DNA of 64,000 nt from an uncultured Alphaproteobacteria bacterium (lineage in GTDB: Bacteria > Pseudomonadota > Alphaproteobacteria > Rhizobiales > Xanthobacteraceae): contig CAWFLW010000010.1 in the NCBI GenBank assembly GCA_963816655.1, positions 89,512-153,511 on the forward strand. Reading direction: 5' to 3'. A program made the translations under genes and the position numbers. This document shows, one piece after another, positions 10,420-20,720 of the stretch; within the stretch, counting starts at the first letter, position 1; each line of letters opens with the position of its first letter. The notes under the pieces were generated by a model. The model made no database searches, had not been told where the DNA came from, and worked only from the letters and a program-made list of their open reading frames with translations.

Positions 10420-10449
10420 TTGACAAATAATCGTCATATATATGATGAT
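10420..10449 (+). promoter_or_regulatory. Promoter with overlapping AT-rich palindromic operator (likely MarR autoregulation)
   Basis: TTGACA at 10420; near-palindrome ATCGTCATATATATGATGAT at 10430-10449; GAGGAG RBS before ATG 10485. Confidence 0.6.
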
Positions 10450-10484
10450 CATATATTTGATGATCAATATATGAGGAGCACCAC

Positions 10485-11253
10485 ATGAGTTCCACCGTCG
10501 TGCCCCTGCCGGAGAACAAGCCTCCACGCACCGTCATGGCGAGCGATGGCGTTCCGATCCGCCGCGCCGTTGCCCCGCTGGTGCGGCAGGTTGCAGCAAA
10601 TCTGCCTATCGGTGATCGCTGAAGCCCTGGCGGACGCCGAACTGGTGCAGCTCGAATATGCCTTGCTGATCTTCGTGGACGATGTGCCGGGCATCAGCCA
10701 GCAAACGCTTTCCGAGGCGCTCGGCATCGATCGCAACAACGTCAGCCTGATCGTCGACAGGCTCGAAGCCCGGGGTCTCCTGAAGCGGTCCGTGAACGGC
10801 GCCGATCGTCGCGCGCGCGAACTCACCATCACTGCGCAAGGCAAGAAGCTGTGGCGGCGATGCCAGCCAAAAATTCTGGCGGCGAATAAAGGCATGCTGG
10901 CCTGTCTGGATGTCAGGGAGAGGGAACTTTTTCTCGACATGCTGGTGCGTGTCGTGAACGCCAACAAGATGCACGCCCGACCGGGTGGCGGACGACGAAA
11001 ACGCGGCTCGAATCAAGACTATCCTGACAGAACGGAGGCGGCCGATGCGTATGAGAATGCCTTTCCTGGTTGCCTTGCTTGTTCGCTGCTGCAATGGCTT
11101 GGCATTTCGACGCCGGCCTCACGCGGAAACCTGGCCGGAGCGTCCAGTCAAAATCATCATTCCTCTTCCGGCCGGCCTGTGCACCGATCTGGCGCTGCGC
11201 CTGTTCGCCGAAAAGCTCTCGGCGCGATGGCGACAGCCCGTCGTCGTCGATAA
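10485..11253 (+). CDS. MarR family transcriptional regulator (indel near 10585; true 3' end probably near 11030)
   Basis: PGISQQTLSEALGIDRNNVSLIVDRLEARGLLKR...DRRARELTITAQG winged helix. Confidence 0.85.
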
Positions 11254-12018
11254 CCGTCCCGGTGCCGACGGCATCGTCGCCGTCACCGGCTTCGTCAATG
11301 CCCACGACGATCACACGCTGCTGTTCTCGTTTGCCGGTCCGATTTCGATCAACCCCTTCATCCACGACAAGTTGCCGTATGATCCGGTTCGCGATCTGGT
11401 GCCGATCGCTACGGCGATCGACAATTTCTTTGCAATCGCGGTCTCGAGCTCCACCGGCGTCACCTCGCTTGCCTCATTCATCGAGGCGGCACGGGCTCAA
11501 CCCGCGAAATTCAACTGGGCCGCCACGCCGGGCCTGCCGCAATTCATCTTCCTGGCGCTCCAGAAAAGGGCAGGGCTCGCGCTGACGCAGGTGCCATACC
11601 GCGATTTCACGTCCGCGGTTCGGGACCTTGCCGAAAATCGCATTCAGGTGGCGGTGTCAGCACCGTCGGTATTGATGCCCGCCGTCGAGAGCGGCAAGGC
11701 ACGGCTGTTGATGGTGACCAACCGGCAGCGTTCGCCGATCGCGCCTGACGTCCCGACCGCCGAAGAAGCCGGATTTCCGGAACTCACCTTCGACGGCGTC
11801 GTAGGCTTTTTCGGCGGCCGGGATCTGCCGGCTTCCCGTCGCGACCGTATCGCCACCGATGTCGCCGCCGTGCCGCCGATAATCCGGAGATTGGTTCGCG
11901 GTTGCGAGATTTGGGCATCGCCGTGCGCACCGGGACCCCGGCGCAATTCGCAAGCGCCATTGAAGAGCAGCGCCTGAAGGTGCGTGACATCATTTGGTCG
12001 GAAAAGAAGGCCCACTGA
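11045..12018 (+). CDS. Bug/TctC tripartite tricarboxylate transporter substrate-binding protein (indels near both ends)
   Basis: WPERPVKIIIP, QPVVVDNRPGADG, LPYDPVRDLVPI, VPYR, PDVPTAEEAGFP. Confidence 0.85.
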
Positions 12019-12046
12019 GAAGTCTGCCGTCAACAGGAGTCAGCTC

Positions 12047-13071
12047 ATGATCCCCCATCCGTCTCCCAACACGATGATGGATTTGATCGCGGGACATCGC
12101 GTCACCGCCGTCATCTATGTGGCCGCAAAGCTTGGGCTGGCCGATCTGCTCACCGACGGCCCGCGGACGGCCACCGACCTCGCGCGGTTGACGGATACCC
12201 ACGAGCTTTCGCTGCATCGGCTGATGCGCGCGCTTTGCGCTCTCGGGATTTGCACCGAAGCCGGTGACGGCACATTCGACCTCACTGAACTGGGCTTCTA
12301 TCTCACCGCCAAATCGGAGCGCTCGGTCAAGGCGTGGGCGCTTCTCGAAGGCGATATGCTGCGAGCCGGGTGGGGTCAGATGATCGAATCGATCCGCACG
12401 GGCAAGACCGCCAGCGAATTGGCAGGGAGCAGCCCGGAGCGTTTTGAAGAAATGGCGAGGACAAACCAGGCCGCGTCCGCACAGTTCAATGAGGCCATGG
12501 TCTCCGGAACGCGCATGCAGATCGCGGCGCTGCTTGCCGTCTATGACTTCTCCGGCATCGCGACGTTGATGGATGTCGGGGGCGGGCTTGGTGAGCTCAT
12601 CAGCGCGATCGTCGAGAGATACCCGACGATGCAGGGCATCGTCTTCGACCTGCCGCATTGCGAGGAAGTTGCCGTGAAAAATCTGGCAGCGTCGGGCGTT
12701 GCCGATCGATGCAGGTTCATCGGGGGAAGCTTTTTCGAGCATATCCCTGCCGGCGCCGACGCCATTATCATGAAATACATTCTCCATGACTGGAACGATG
12801 AACGCTGCGTTCAGATCTTGCGAAACTGTCATCGCGCGCTGCAGCCGGGAGCAAGGCTGCTGGTGGCTGACCGGGTCATGCCTACCAGGCTCGAAGCGAC
12901 GCCCGACCATTTGGCGGTCGGCCATGTCAGACCTGAATATGTTGCGTGGACCAGGCGGATGCGAACGCACCGAGGACGAGCATCGCGACCTGCTGACGAA
13001 AGGGGGCTTTCGGATGACGCGCATCGTTCCCTTTGGTCGCGTCATGCATCATCGAGGCTGCGGCCGACTAG
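12047..13071 (+). CDS. SAM-dependent O-methyltransferase (dimerisation + Methyltransf_2), C-terminal indels
   Basis: AAKLGLADLL, LMDVGGGLG, VFDLP, GSFFEHIPAGAD, KYILHDWND; DLNML..GGCERT in the adjacent frame. Confidence 0.9.
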
Positions 13072-13089
13072 CCGGACGGCACAGACAGT

Positions 13090-13503
13090 TCAATACCGCC
13101 TTAGCAGGCCGCGCGTCACGCCGGTATCGCCATAGTCGGCGCAGGCCGCTTCCGGGTTCTTGATCAAGTCCGACCGGACACTGCTGAACGTTTTGCGGGC
13201 CGCCTCGAGCACCTCAGGACGGAATTTACCCGGGTCGTAGTTCTCGCCATCATGGGCTTTGATGGCCGCGTCAAAGGCGGCGATCATCGCCATTGCGGCG
13301 TTGGTGCTGCCGAGAAGACTGGCCCCGAGCCGGACGCCGCCTGCACCGTTGACCTCGTAGTCGCTGCATCGTTGTTCGAGCACCGCGGCCGCGGTGACGA
13401 GCTGGTCGAGGAAAGTCGCCTCGGCATCGGTGAGCGTTGCGGCGGGCGCCTGCGCCGGCACCATCATGGCGAGCAGCACGACGGCTGACAGTCTGAGTTT
13501 CAT
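13090..13503 (-). CDS. Small secreted hypothetical protein
   Basis: Signal peptide MKLRLSAVVLLAMMVPAQAPA; two Cys; typical codon usage. Confidence 0.7.
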   Translation of the reverse strand: MKLRLSAVVLLAMMVPAQAPAATLTDAEATFLDQLVTAAAVLEQRCSDYEVNGAGGVRLGASLLGSTNAAMAMIAAFDAAIKAHDGENYDPGKFRPEVLEAARKTFSSVRSDLIKNPEAACADYGDTGVTRGLLRRY

Positions 13504-13676
13504 TGTCGAGTACCTTCTGCGACCGTTCGCGGAATTTAGGCGCCAAGTCTTAATCCTTGCTGGCGGACGGCAGGGTATCGCGCGGGATTTATTAAGGGGG
13601 CGGACACCATCCGGAGCTGCGCTTGCCGGGAGACGCGGACCGGTACCGGATGATGTATGATTTTCAGAATTGGCTC

Positions 13677-13705
13677 TTGACATTTCCGCTAACCCGAACT
13701 ATCTT
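13677..13705 (+). promoter_or_regulatory. Near-consensus sigma70 promoter
   Basis: TTGACA (13677-13682) - 17 nt - TATCTT (13700-13705). Confidence 0.8.
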
Positions 13706-13710
13706 GCAGC

Positions 13711-14130
13711 CAGCCCGTGCCCTCAAAAAGGGGACGCCTCGCGATCGTCACGGAACGTTGGCGCGGGTTGCGATGGATGCTGCGGCGTCAGGTGCGTGAA
13801 AGCGTGCCCGACGAAATCGCTGCGGCGTACGGCGAAGTCGTGTGGTCCTGGCGCCGCGACCGTGGCGTCTATCCACGCCGGCCCGTGCTGGCGTGGCAAC
13901 GGTGACAATCAACGCCGCTCACCGGGGAGAGCACGTATAAGCCGTCAAACCATTGCGCGGGGAAAGCCGGGATGTCTCGGCTGTACCTGTCTAATCCGTG
14001 TGCGTTTTCTTCTCTCATTGCACACGGTGCCGCGGGCGCAGTCAGCGCCCGGCTTTCCCTGCGCCCTCTTCATGGAGAGGGACAACGTGATTGCAGAACC
14101 CGGGCAAATTCGTGCTGCGGGAATGCACTC
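13711..14130 (+). ncRNA. Putative large (~420 nt) structured non-coding RNA / repeat element
   Basis: Multiple nested helices whose non-Watson-Crick pairs are almost all G-U on the + strand, a GAAA tetraloop, an upstream promoter and no credible CDS. Confidence 0.6.
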
Positions 14131-14134
14131 GGCT

Positions 14135-14237
14135 GTCGTCTCCCGGCTTGACCGGGCGACCCAGTATTCCAGAGTACGACGCGATCGACAGGAAAGCCGC
14201 GGCGTACTGCGATCGCCCCGCTCTTCGCGGGGATGAC
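14135..14237. repeat. REP-like palindromic repeat (GTC..CCCGGCTTGACCGGG...CCAGTA..TACTG..CCCCGC/GCGGGG-ATGAC)
   Basis: GTC/GAC termini with internal hairpins CCCGG-cttga-CCGGG and CCCCGC-tcttc-GCGGGG. Confidence 0.7.
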
Positions 14238-14278
14238 GAGCGAGCGTGAGGCCGCTGCGTCCTAACAACGAGCCCACC

Positions 14279-14566
14279 TCACTCCACCGCCGCGCCCACC
14301 GGCGGGCCGCCGGGCGGGCGGTGCAGGAAGGTGATGGTCAGGTACGCCCCGATCCAGGACCCGAGCGCCGCAAACGCCACATAGATCCAGTTCTCGGTGT
14401 AGCTGATCACCGCATAGGAGGAGAGCACATACCAGACACTGCTCCAGCTCGCCGCCGGCACGCGCTTTCGCGCCACTACGGCCGAGGTGAACATGACATA
14501 GACGGCATCGGTTGCAGCCGTCGCCAGCAACACGGCGCCCGCCGTCAGGGGATCGATGGCAGCCAT
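14279..14566 (-). CDS. Small membrane hypothetical protein
   Basis: AAGGAG RBS; three hydrophobic segments. Confidence 0.75.
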   Translation of the reverse strand: MAAIDPLTAGAVLLATAATDAVYVMFTSAVVARKRVPAASWSSVWYVLSSYAVISYTENWIYVAFAALGSWIGAYLTITFLHRPPGGPPVGAAVE

Positions 14567-14611
14567 TGCAACTCCTTAATCGGTGAGACAGAGTTTGAAA
14601 ACTAAGCAAGA

Positions 14612-16030
14612 GTGATGACGATGCAAAGCCCAAGAAAAACTCCACTGGAAATTCTTCACGACGTCTGGACATCTGTGGGCGGTGCGCCGGGTGCGCTGGC
14701 CGCCGTCACGCTGACCGGCGAGGAGCCGCTGCTGCCGTCATCATTTCGTGTCGCTGCCGCGGCGCAGGTCAGTGTCGCCGCAGCCGGGCTTGCCGCCGTC
14801 GAAATCTGGAAACTGCGCAGCGGGCAAGGCGCAGACTGTCGCGTCGACATGCGCCACGCCGCAATCGAGTGCCGCTCCGAACGCTATCTGCGCGTCGACG
14901 GCAAGCCGCCGCCACCGGCGTGGGATGCCATCGCCGGCGTCTACAAGACCGGCGACGGACGCTTCGTGCGGCTGCACACCAATTTTCCGCATCACCGCGC
15001 CGCCGTCTGCAAGGTGCTCGACTGCAAGGCCGAACGCGACGACGTCCAGGCCAGGCTGATGCAGTGGGAGGCGGAGAAATTCGAGACCGCGGCTTATGCA
15101 GCCGGGGGTGTGGTCGCGATGATGCGTCCGTACGACGAATGGTCGGCGTCGCCGCATGCGAAGGCGCTGGCAGCGCTGCCGCTGATCTCGATCGAGAAGA
15201 TCGCCGACGCCGCGCCAAAGCCGTGGCCGAAAGGCGATCGTCCGCTTGGAGGTCTCCGCGTGCTTGATCTGTCGCGCGTGATCGCGGGTCCCGTCGCTGG
15301 CCGCACGCTCGCAAGCCACGGCGCCGACGTTATGCTGATTGCAGGCGAGGGGCTGCCGGCGATCCCATGGCTCACCATCGACAATGGCCGCGGCAAGCTC
15401 TCGAGTTTTGTCGAGCTCAAGAGCGAAGGGGGCCGCGCCACCATGCGCGAACTGCTGGCGCAGGCCGATATCTTCTCACAGGGCTACCGGCCGCGCGCGC
15501 TGGCCGCACTCGGCTTTGCGCCCGAGGACGCGGCAAAGCTCAGTCCCGGCATCGTCTATGTCACGCTGTCGGCCTATGGCCATGCAGGTCCCTGGGCAGA
15601 ACGGCGCGGCTTCGACTCGCTGGTGCAGACGACAACAGGTTTCAATCATGCCGAAGGTCAGGCCGCAGGCCTCGACGGACCAAAGGAGTTGCCGGCGCAG
15701 ATGCTCGACCACGCCACCGGCTACTTCATGGCGTTCGGCGCCATGATGGCCAAGGCGCGTCAGGCGCGTGAAGGCGGAAGCTGGCACGTCCGGGTCTCGC
15801 TGGCGCAGACCGGACGCTGGCTGTGGAATATCGGCCGCCTGGCTGAAGGGCTGAAGACCCCGGATTTTTACGGGGATGAGATCAAACCCTACATTGAAGA
15901 ATACGGCTCCGGCTTCGGCACGCTGAAGGCGGTGAAGCCGTCGGCGGTGCTGTCGGCTACACCCGCCCATTGGGTGCGGCCCTCGATGCCGCTCGGCAGC
16001 CATCCGCCGCAGTGGCCGACGCTCGATTAA
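14612..16030 (+). CDS. CaiB/BaiF family (class III) CoA transferase
   Basis: PLGGLRVLDLSRVIAGPVAGRTLASHGADV, ADIFSQGYRP, RRGFDSLVQ. Confidence 0.93.
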   Translation: MMTMQSPRKTPLEILHDVWTSVGGAPGALAAVTLTGEEPLLPSSFRVAAAAQVSVAAAGLAAVEIWKLRSGQGADCRVDMRHAAIECRSERYLRVDGKPPPPAWDAIAGVYKTGDGRFVRLHTNFPHHRAAVCKVLDCKAERDDVQARLMQWEAEKFETAAYAAGGVVAMMRPYDEWSASPHAKALAALPLISIEKIADAAPKPWPKGDRPLGGLRVLDLSRVIAGPVAGRTLASHGADVMLIAGEGLPAIPWLTIDNGRGKLSSFVELKSEGGRATMRELLAQADIFSQGYRPRALAALGFAPEDAAKLSPGIVYVTLSAYGHAGPWAERRGFDSLVQTTTGFNHAEGQAAGLDGPKELPAQMLDHATGYFMAFGAMMAKARQAREGGSWHVRVSLAQTGRWLWNIGRLAEGLKTPDFYGDEIKPYIEEYGSGFGTLKAVKPSAVLSATPAHWVRPSMPLGSHPPQWPTLD

Positions 16031-16184
16031 CCCTGACTGAACGGGCGCTTCCACCTGAACAAATTTTAACTGCGAACGCTAAGGCTGATCGCTTTTTTTG
16101 TTTGTCAGACGCAACAATTGGGCACTATTAGCGCGCCGATGAGGCAGGCCAGCCGCCGGAATCATCGAGCAATGACCGGATTGC

Positions 16185-17429
16185 ATGCTGAACGAATTTA
16201 CCAAGCGACTACAGGGACTTAGTCGACGGCAACGCGTGGTCGGCGCGACGCTGGCCGTGCTCATTGGCGCGGCCGCTTTTGGCTACACGCAATTCAGCAG
16301 CTCAACACGTGGGCATTCGGATGTCTCGAGCCAGTCGCGCAAGGGCGGCACCCGCTACATGCTGACGCCTGCGGAATGGGCAAGCGTGAGCGTCCAGCCC
16401 GTGATCGAAAAGCCGTTCCGGGCCGAGCATGTCACCGAAGGCAAGATCGCCATCGACGAGGATCGCTCGACGCCGGTGTTCTCGCCCTATGCCGGCCGGG
16501 TCACCAAGCTTCTGGTGAAGCCGGGCGACGGCGTCGTCAAGGGACAGCCGCTGTTCACCATCGAAGCGGCCGACACCGTGCAGGCGCAGAACGATTACAT
16601 CACGGCGATGACCGCGATGAACAAGGCGAAGTCTGCACTCGGCCTTGCCGAGATCCAGGACAAGCGCGCCAGGGATCTGTTCGAGGGCAAGGCGGTGCCG
16701 CTGAAGGACTATCAGCAGAGCCAGGCCAATCTGATCCAGGCACAGAACGACATGCGCTCGTCGCAGACTGCGCTAGAGGCCTCGCGCAACAAGCTCCGGA
16801 TCTTCGGTTTGAGCGAGGACGATATCGAGACCTTCCGCCGCCAGGGCCGCATCAATCCGGAGATCACGATATCGGCGCCGATTGCCGGCACGGTGGTTCA
16901 GCGCAAGATCGGCCCGGGTCAATATGTCAGCGCCGGCGCCAGCGACCCGGTCTATGTGATCGGCGATCTCTCCACCGTCTGGCTCACCGCCTTCATGCGC
17001 GAGACCGATGCTGCCGCCGTCACGCTGGGACAGGAGATCACTTTCGGCGTTCTGGCGTTCCCGGGTCGTACCATGTCTGCCCGCCTCAACTATGTCGCCA
17101 CCGCGATCGACCCGGCAACACGCCGGCTATTGGTGCGCGCAACCATCGACAACAGGGACGGCCAGCTCAAGCCGGAAATGTTTGCCAACGTCACGATCTT
17201 CTCGCCGAGCGACCATCCCGCGGTCGGCGTGCCGAAAACGGCGCTGATCTACGAAGCCGACCAGGTCCGGGTGTGGGTCGCCCACGAAGACAAGTCGATC
17301 GAACTGCGCCAGATCAAGCCCGGCCTCACCAATGGCGATCTCGTCGAGGTGCTCGGCAATCTGAAGCCTGGAGAGATGATCGTCACCAAGGGCAGCCTGT
17401 TCATCGACCGCGCCGCCTCTGGAAGCTAG
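16185..17429 (+). CDS. RND efflux periplasmic adaptor (CzcB/CusB-like)
   Basis: N-terminal TM, PYAGRVTKLLV, APIAGTVV, IDPATRR, LKPEMFA. Confidence 0.92.
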   Translation: MLNEFTKRLQGLSRRQRVVGATLAVLIGAAAFGYTQFSSSTRGHSDVSSQSRKGGTRYMLTPAEWASVSVQPVIEKPFRAEHVTEGKIAIDEDRSTPVFSPYAGRVTKLLVKPGDGVVKGQPLFTIEAADTVQAQNDYITAMTAMNKAKSALGLAEIQDKRARDLFEGKAVPLKDYQQSQANLIQAQNDMRSSQTALEASRNKLRIFGLSEDDIETFRRQGRINPEITISAPIAGTVVQRKIGPGQYVSAGASDPVYVIGDLSTVWLTAFMRETDAAAVTLGQEITFGVLAFPGRTMSARLNYVATAIDPATRRLLVRATIDNRDGQLKPEMFANVTIFSPSDHPAVGVPKTALIYEADQVRVWVAHEDKSIELRQIKPGLTNGDLVEVLGNLKPGEMIVTKGSLFIDRAASGS

Positions 17430-17500
17430 AGCATAATCCCGACCCGAAGGGCCGCGTTAGCGCAAAGTGGGAACCGGTTTTCGGACAAGATCATGCTCAA
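17427..17500 (+). repeat. GCATGATC-family palindromic repeat with internal insert, starting at the stop codon
   Basis: TAGAGCATAATCC...AAAGTGGGAACCGGTTTTCGGACAAGATCATGCTCAA. Confidence 0.75.
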
Positions 17501-17528
17501 GCAAAAAAATCCGAAAGTCCCGATCTGA

Positions 17529-20500
17529 ATGGATCGCCTCGTCGCCCTTGCGATTGACCGTCGCTATCTGATGGTCGGCATGTTCGTCGCCGTGTTCATC
17601 GGCGGACTGCTCGCGTTCAAGCAGCTCAATATCGAGGCCTATCCCGATCCGACGCCGCCGATGGTCGACATCGTGACGCAAAGCCCGGGCCTGTCGGCGG
17701 AAGAGATCGAGCGCTACATCACCATCCCGATCGAGGCCGGCGTCTCCGGCATCAAGAACCTGCGTACCATCCGCACCATCTCGCTGTATGGCCTCTCCGA
17801 CGTCAAGCTGCAGTTCTCCTTCGACTACACCTATGAAGAGGCGCTGCAGCAGGTGCTCAATCGCCTGGCGCAGCTTTCACCGTTGCCGGGCAACGTGCAG
17901 CCGACCATTTCGCCGCTGAGCCCGATCGGCGAGATCTTCCGCTATCGTCTCAAGGGCCCGCCGGACTACAGCGTGCTCGACCTCAAGACGCTGCAGGACT
18001 GGGTGCTGCAGCGCCGTTTCCGCGCGGTACCCGGCGTGATCGACGTCACCGCCTGGGGCGGCAAGACCAAGACCTACGAGCTGCAGGTCGACTTCAACAA
18101 GCTGGTCGCCAACGGCCTGACGCTGCCGCAGGTGCTGCAGGCCGTCAACAATTCCAACATCAATGTCGGCGGCAACACCGTCAATATCGGTCCGCAATCC
18201 GCCGTCGTGCGCGGCGTCGGCCTGATCCGCTCGATCGACGACCTCGCCAGCACGATGGTGTCGCAGAGCAACGGCAATCCCGTGCTGGTCAAGGATATCG
18301 CGACGGTAACCGTCGGCGAGAAGCCGCGGCTCGGCATTGCCGGCATCGACGATGACGACGACATCGTCCAGGGCATCGTCTTGATGCGGCGTGGCGAGCA
18401 GTCGTCACCGACGATCGCCCGCGTCGAAAGGCTCGTCAACCAGATCAACAGTTCCTCGATCCTGCCGCCCGGCGTGAAAATCGAGCGCATCTACGATCGC
18501 AAGGACCTGATCGACCTCACCACGCACACCGTGCTGCACAACATGGTGGTCGGCATCCTCTTGATCGTGCTGCTGCAATGGATCTTCCTCGGCGATCTCA
18601 GAAGCGCGCTGATCGTCGGCGCCACGATTCCGTTCGCGCTGTTCTTTGCCGTGATCATCCTGGTGCTGCGCGGCGAATCCGCCAATCTTCTCTCGGTCGG
18701 CGCGATCGATTTCGGCCTGATCGTCGATGCCACCGTGATCATGGTGGAAGCGATCTTCCGCCGGCTGTCGCAGACCACGGCGCTGTCGGCGGCCGAGGAG
18801 AGCCACATCTCGCCGGAGACGGCGATGGGCATGAAGAACCACGCCATCCTGTCGGCCGCGGCCGACGTGTCGCGCTCGATCTTCTTTGCCGCCGCCATCA
18901 TCATCGCCGCGTTCCTGCCGCTGTTCACGTTGAGCGGCGTGGAAGGCAACATCTTCGGCCCGATGGCGCGGACCTATGCCTATGCGCTGGCCGGCGGTCT
19001 GCTTGCGACGTTTACGGTGACGCCGGCGCTGAGCGCGATCATCCTGCCGGTACACATCCACGAGACCGAAACGCGGATCGTGAAATGGCTGGATCGCATT
19101 TACGTGCCGGTGCTGAACTGGGCGATCGCCAACCGCAAGATCGTGATGGCCGGCGCCGCAGGCCTTGTGCTCACAACCATCCTGTTGGCGCGGCTGCTCG
19201 GTCTCGAGTTCCTGCCCAAGCTGGAAGAGGGCAATCTCTGGATCCGCGCCACCTTGCCGCCGACCATCTCGCTGCAGGAGGGCAATGCTTACGTCAACGA
19301 GATGCGAAGGCTGATCCGCGCCCGGCCGGAAGTGGAATCCGTGGTGTCGCAGCATGGCCGCCCCGATGACGGCACCGACGCTGCGGGCCTGTTCAACGCG
19401 GAGTTCTTTGCGCCGCTCAAGCCGGTCAGCCAGTGGCCGGGCACCCACGAGAAGGAAGAACTGACCGCGCAGCTCCTGGCGCAGCTGCAGGAGAAATTCC
19501 CCGGCGTCGAATTCAACTTCTCGCAATATCTGCAGGACAACGTGTCGGAAGCGGTGTCAGGCGTGAAGGGCGAGAATTCGATCAAGCTCTATGGCAGTGA
19601 CCTGCGGTCGCTGACCGAGACTGCCAACAGGATCAAGCAGGTGCTATCGACGGTGCAGGGCGTCACCGATCTCGCGGTGTTCATCTCGCTCGGCCAGCCG
19701 ACCATCCAGATCGACATCGACCGCGCCCGCGCCGCGCGCTATGGGCTGACGCCGGGCGACATCAACGCCACCATCAAGGTCGCGATCGGCGGCGATTCCG
19801 CCGGCGACATCTACGAGCCCGGCAGCGACCGGCATTTCCCGATTATCGTTCGCCTTGCGCCCGAATATCGCAAGAGCGCGGAGGCGATCCAGAACCTGCG
19901 TATCGGCGTGGCCGGGCAGGGCGGCGCGATCTCGCAAATTCCCTTGAGCGAGGTCGCCTCGATCAATCTGGTGTCGGGCGCGGCCTATATCTACCGCGAG
20001 CAGCAGGAGCGCTATCTGCCGATCAAGTTCTCGGTGCGCGAGCGCGACCTCGGCAGCGCCATCCAGGAGGCGCAGGACAAGATCGCCGCGCAAGTGGAAT
20101 TGCCGCCGGGATCGCGGATCGAATGGGTCGGCGAATTCGGCAATCTACAGGACGCCATCAAGCGGCTGTCGGTCGTGGTGCCGATCAGCCTTGCGCTGAT
20201 CGCGGTGCTGCTGTGGTTCAATTTCGGCTCGATGGTCGACACGGCGCTCGCCATGAGCGTGATCCCGATGGCGATCTTCGGCGGCGTGCTGGGGCTCTTG
20301 ATCACCAGCACCCCCTTCAGCGTGTCGGCGGCGATCGGCTTCATCGCGTTGTTCGGCATCGCCGTGATGGACGGCATCATCATCCTGTCGCAATACAACC
20401 AGTTGATCGACGAAGGTTTCGAGCGGATGCAGGCCGTGATCCGCACCGGCGAATTGCAGCTGCGGCCGGTGTTGATGACCTGCGTCGTCGCCGGCGTCGG

Positions 20501-20651
20501 GCTGCTGCCCGCGGCGTTGTCGGAGGGCATCGGCTCGCAGGTGCAGAAGCCGCTCGCGGTCGTCGTCGTCACCGGCATGATGCTGGCGCCGCTCGTCATC
20601 CTCGTGACGCTGCCGGTGCTGATCTCCTACTTCTCGCGCCGCGGGCGCTAG
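17529..20651 (+). CDS. CusA/CzcA family heavy-metal efflux RND transporter
   Basis: 1040 aa; IEAYPD, GAIDFGLIVDATVIMVE, EGNIFGPMA, LRPVLMT, QKPLAVVVV. Confidence 0.95.
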   Translation: MDRLVALAIDRRYLMVGMFVAVFIGGLLAFKQLNIEAYPDPTPPMVDIVTQSPGLSAEEIERYITIPIEAGVSGIKNLRTIRTISLYGLSDVKLQFSFDYTYEEALQQVLNRLAQLSPLPGNVQPTISPLSPIGEIFRYRLKGPPDYSVLDLKTLQDWVLQRRFRAVPGVIDVTAWGGKTKTYELQVDFNKLVANGLTLPQVLQAVNNSNINVGGNTVNIGPQSAVVRGVGLIRSIDDLASTMVSQSNGNPVLVKDIATVTVGEKPRLGIAGIDDDDDIVQGIVLMRRGEQSSPTIARVERLVNQINSSSILPPGVKIERIYDRKDLIDLTTHTVLHNMVVGILLIVLLQWIFLGDLRSALIVGATIPFALFFAVIILVLRGESANLLSVGAIDFGLIVDATVIMVEAIFRRLSQTTALSAAEESHISPETAMGMKNHAILSAAADVSRSIFFAAAIIIAAFLPLFTLSGVEGNIFGPMARTYAYALAGGLLATFTVTPALSAIILPVHIHETETRIVKWLDRIYVPVLNWAIANRKIVMAGAAGLVLTTILLARLLGLEFLPKLEEGNLWIRATLPPTISLQEGNAYVNEMRRLIRARPEVESVVSQHGRPDDGTDAAGLFNAEFFAPLKPVSQWPGTHEKEELTAQLLAQLQEKFPGVEFNFSQYLQDNVSEAVSGVKGENSIKLYGSDLRSLTETANRIKQVLSTVQGVTDLAVFISLGQPTIQIDIDRARAARYGLTPGDINATIKVAIGGDSAGDIYEPGSDRHFPIIVRLAPEYRKSAEAIQNLRIGVAGQGGAISQIPLSEVASINLVSGAAYIYREQQERYLPIKFSVRERDLGSAIQEAQDKIAAQVELPPGSRIEWVGEFGNLQDAIKRLSVVVPISLALIAVLLWFNFGSMVDTALAMSVIPMAIFGGVLGLLITSTPFSVSAAIGFIALFGIAVMDGIIILSQYNQLIDEGFERMQAVIRTGELQLRPVLMTCVVAGVGLLPAALSEGIGSQVQKPLAVVVVTGMMLAPLVILVTLPVLISYFSRRGR

Positions 20652-20720
20652 AGCGGGCGGGCGACGTTGGGATCGTTGATGCCGCCGGTGGCGAGGTTGA
20701 GACAGACGAAGCATGGTAGG

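Noticed and set aside
13670-14277. ORFs 13670-14236 (+) and 13945-14277 (-) as proteins
   Set aside because: No RBS or domain motifs, atypical composition; the + ORF starts upstream of the promoter it overlaps; the region is better explained by RNA structure and a REP.
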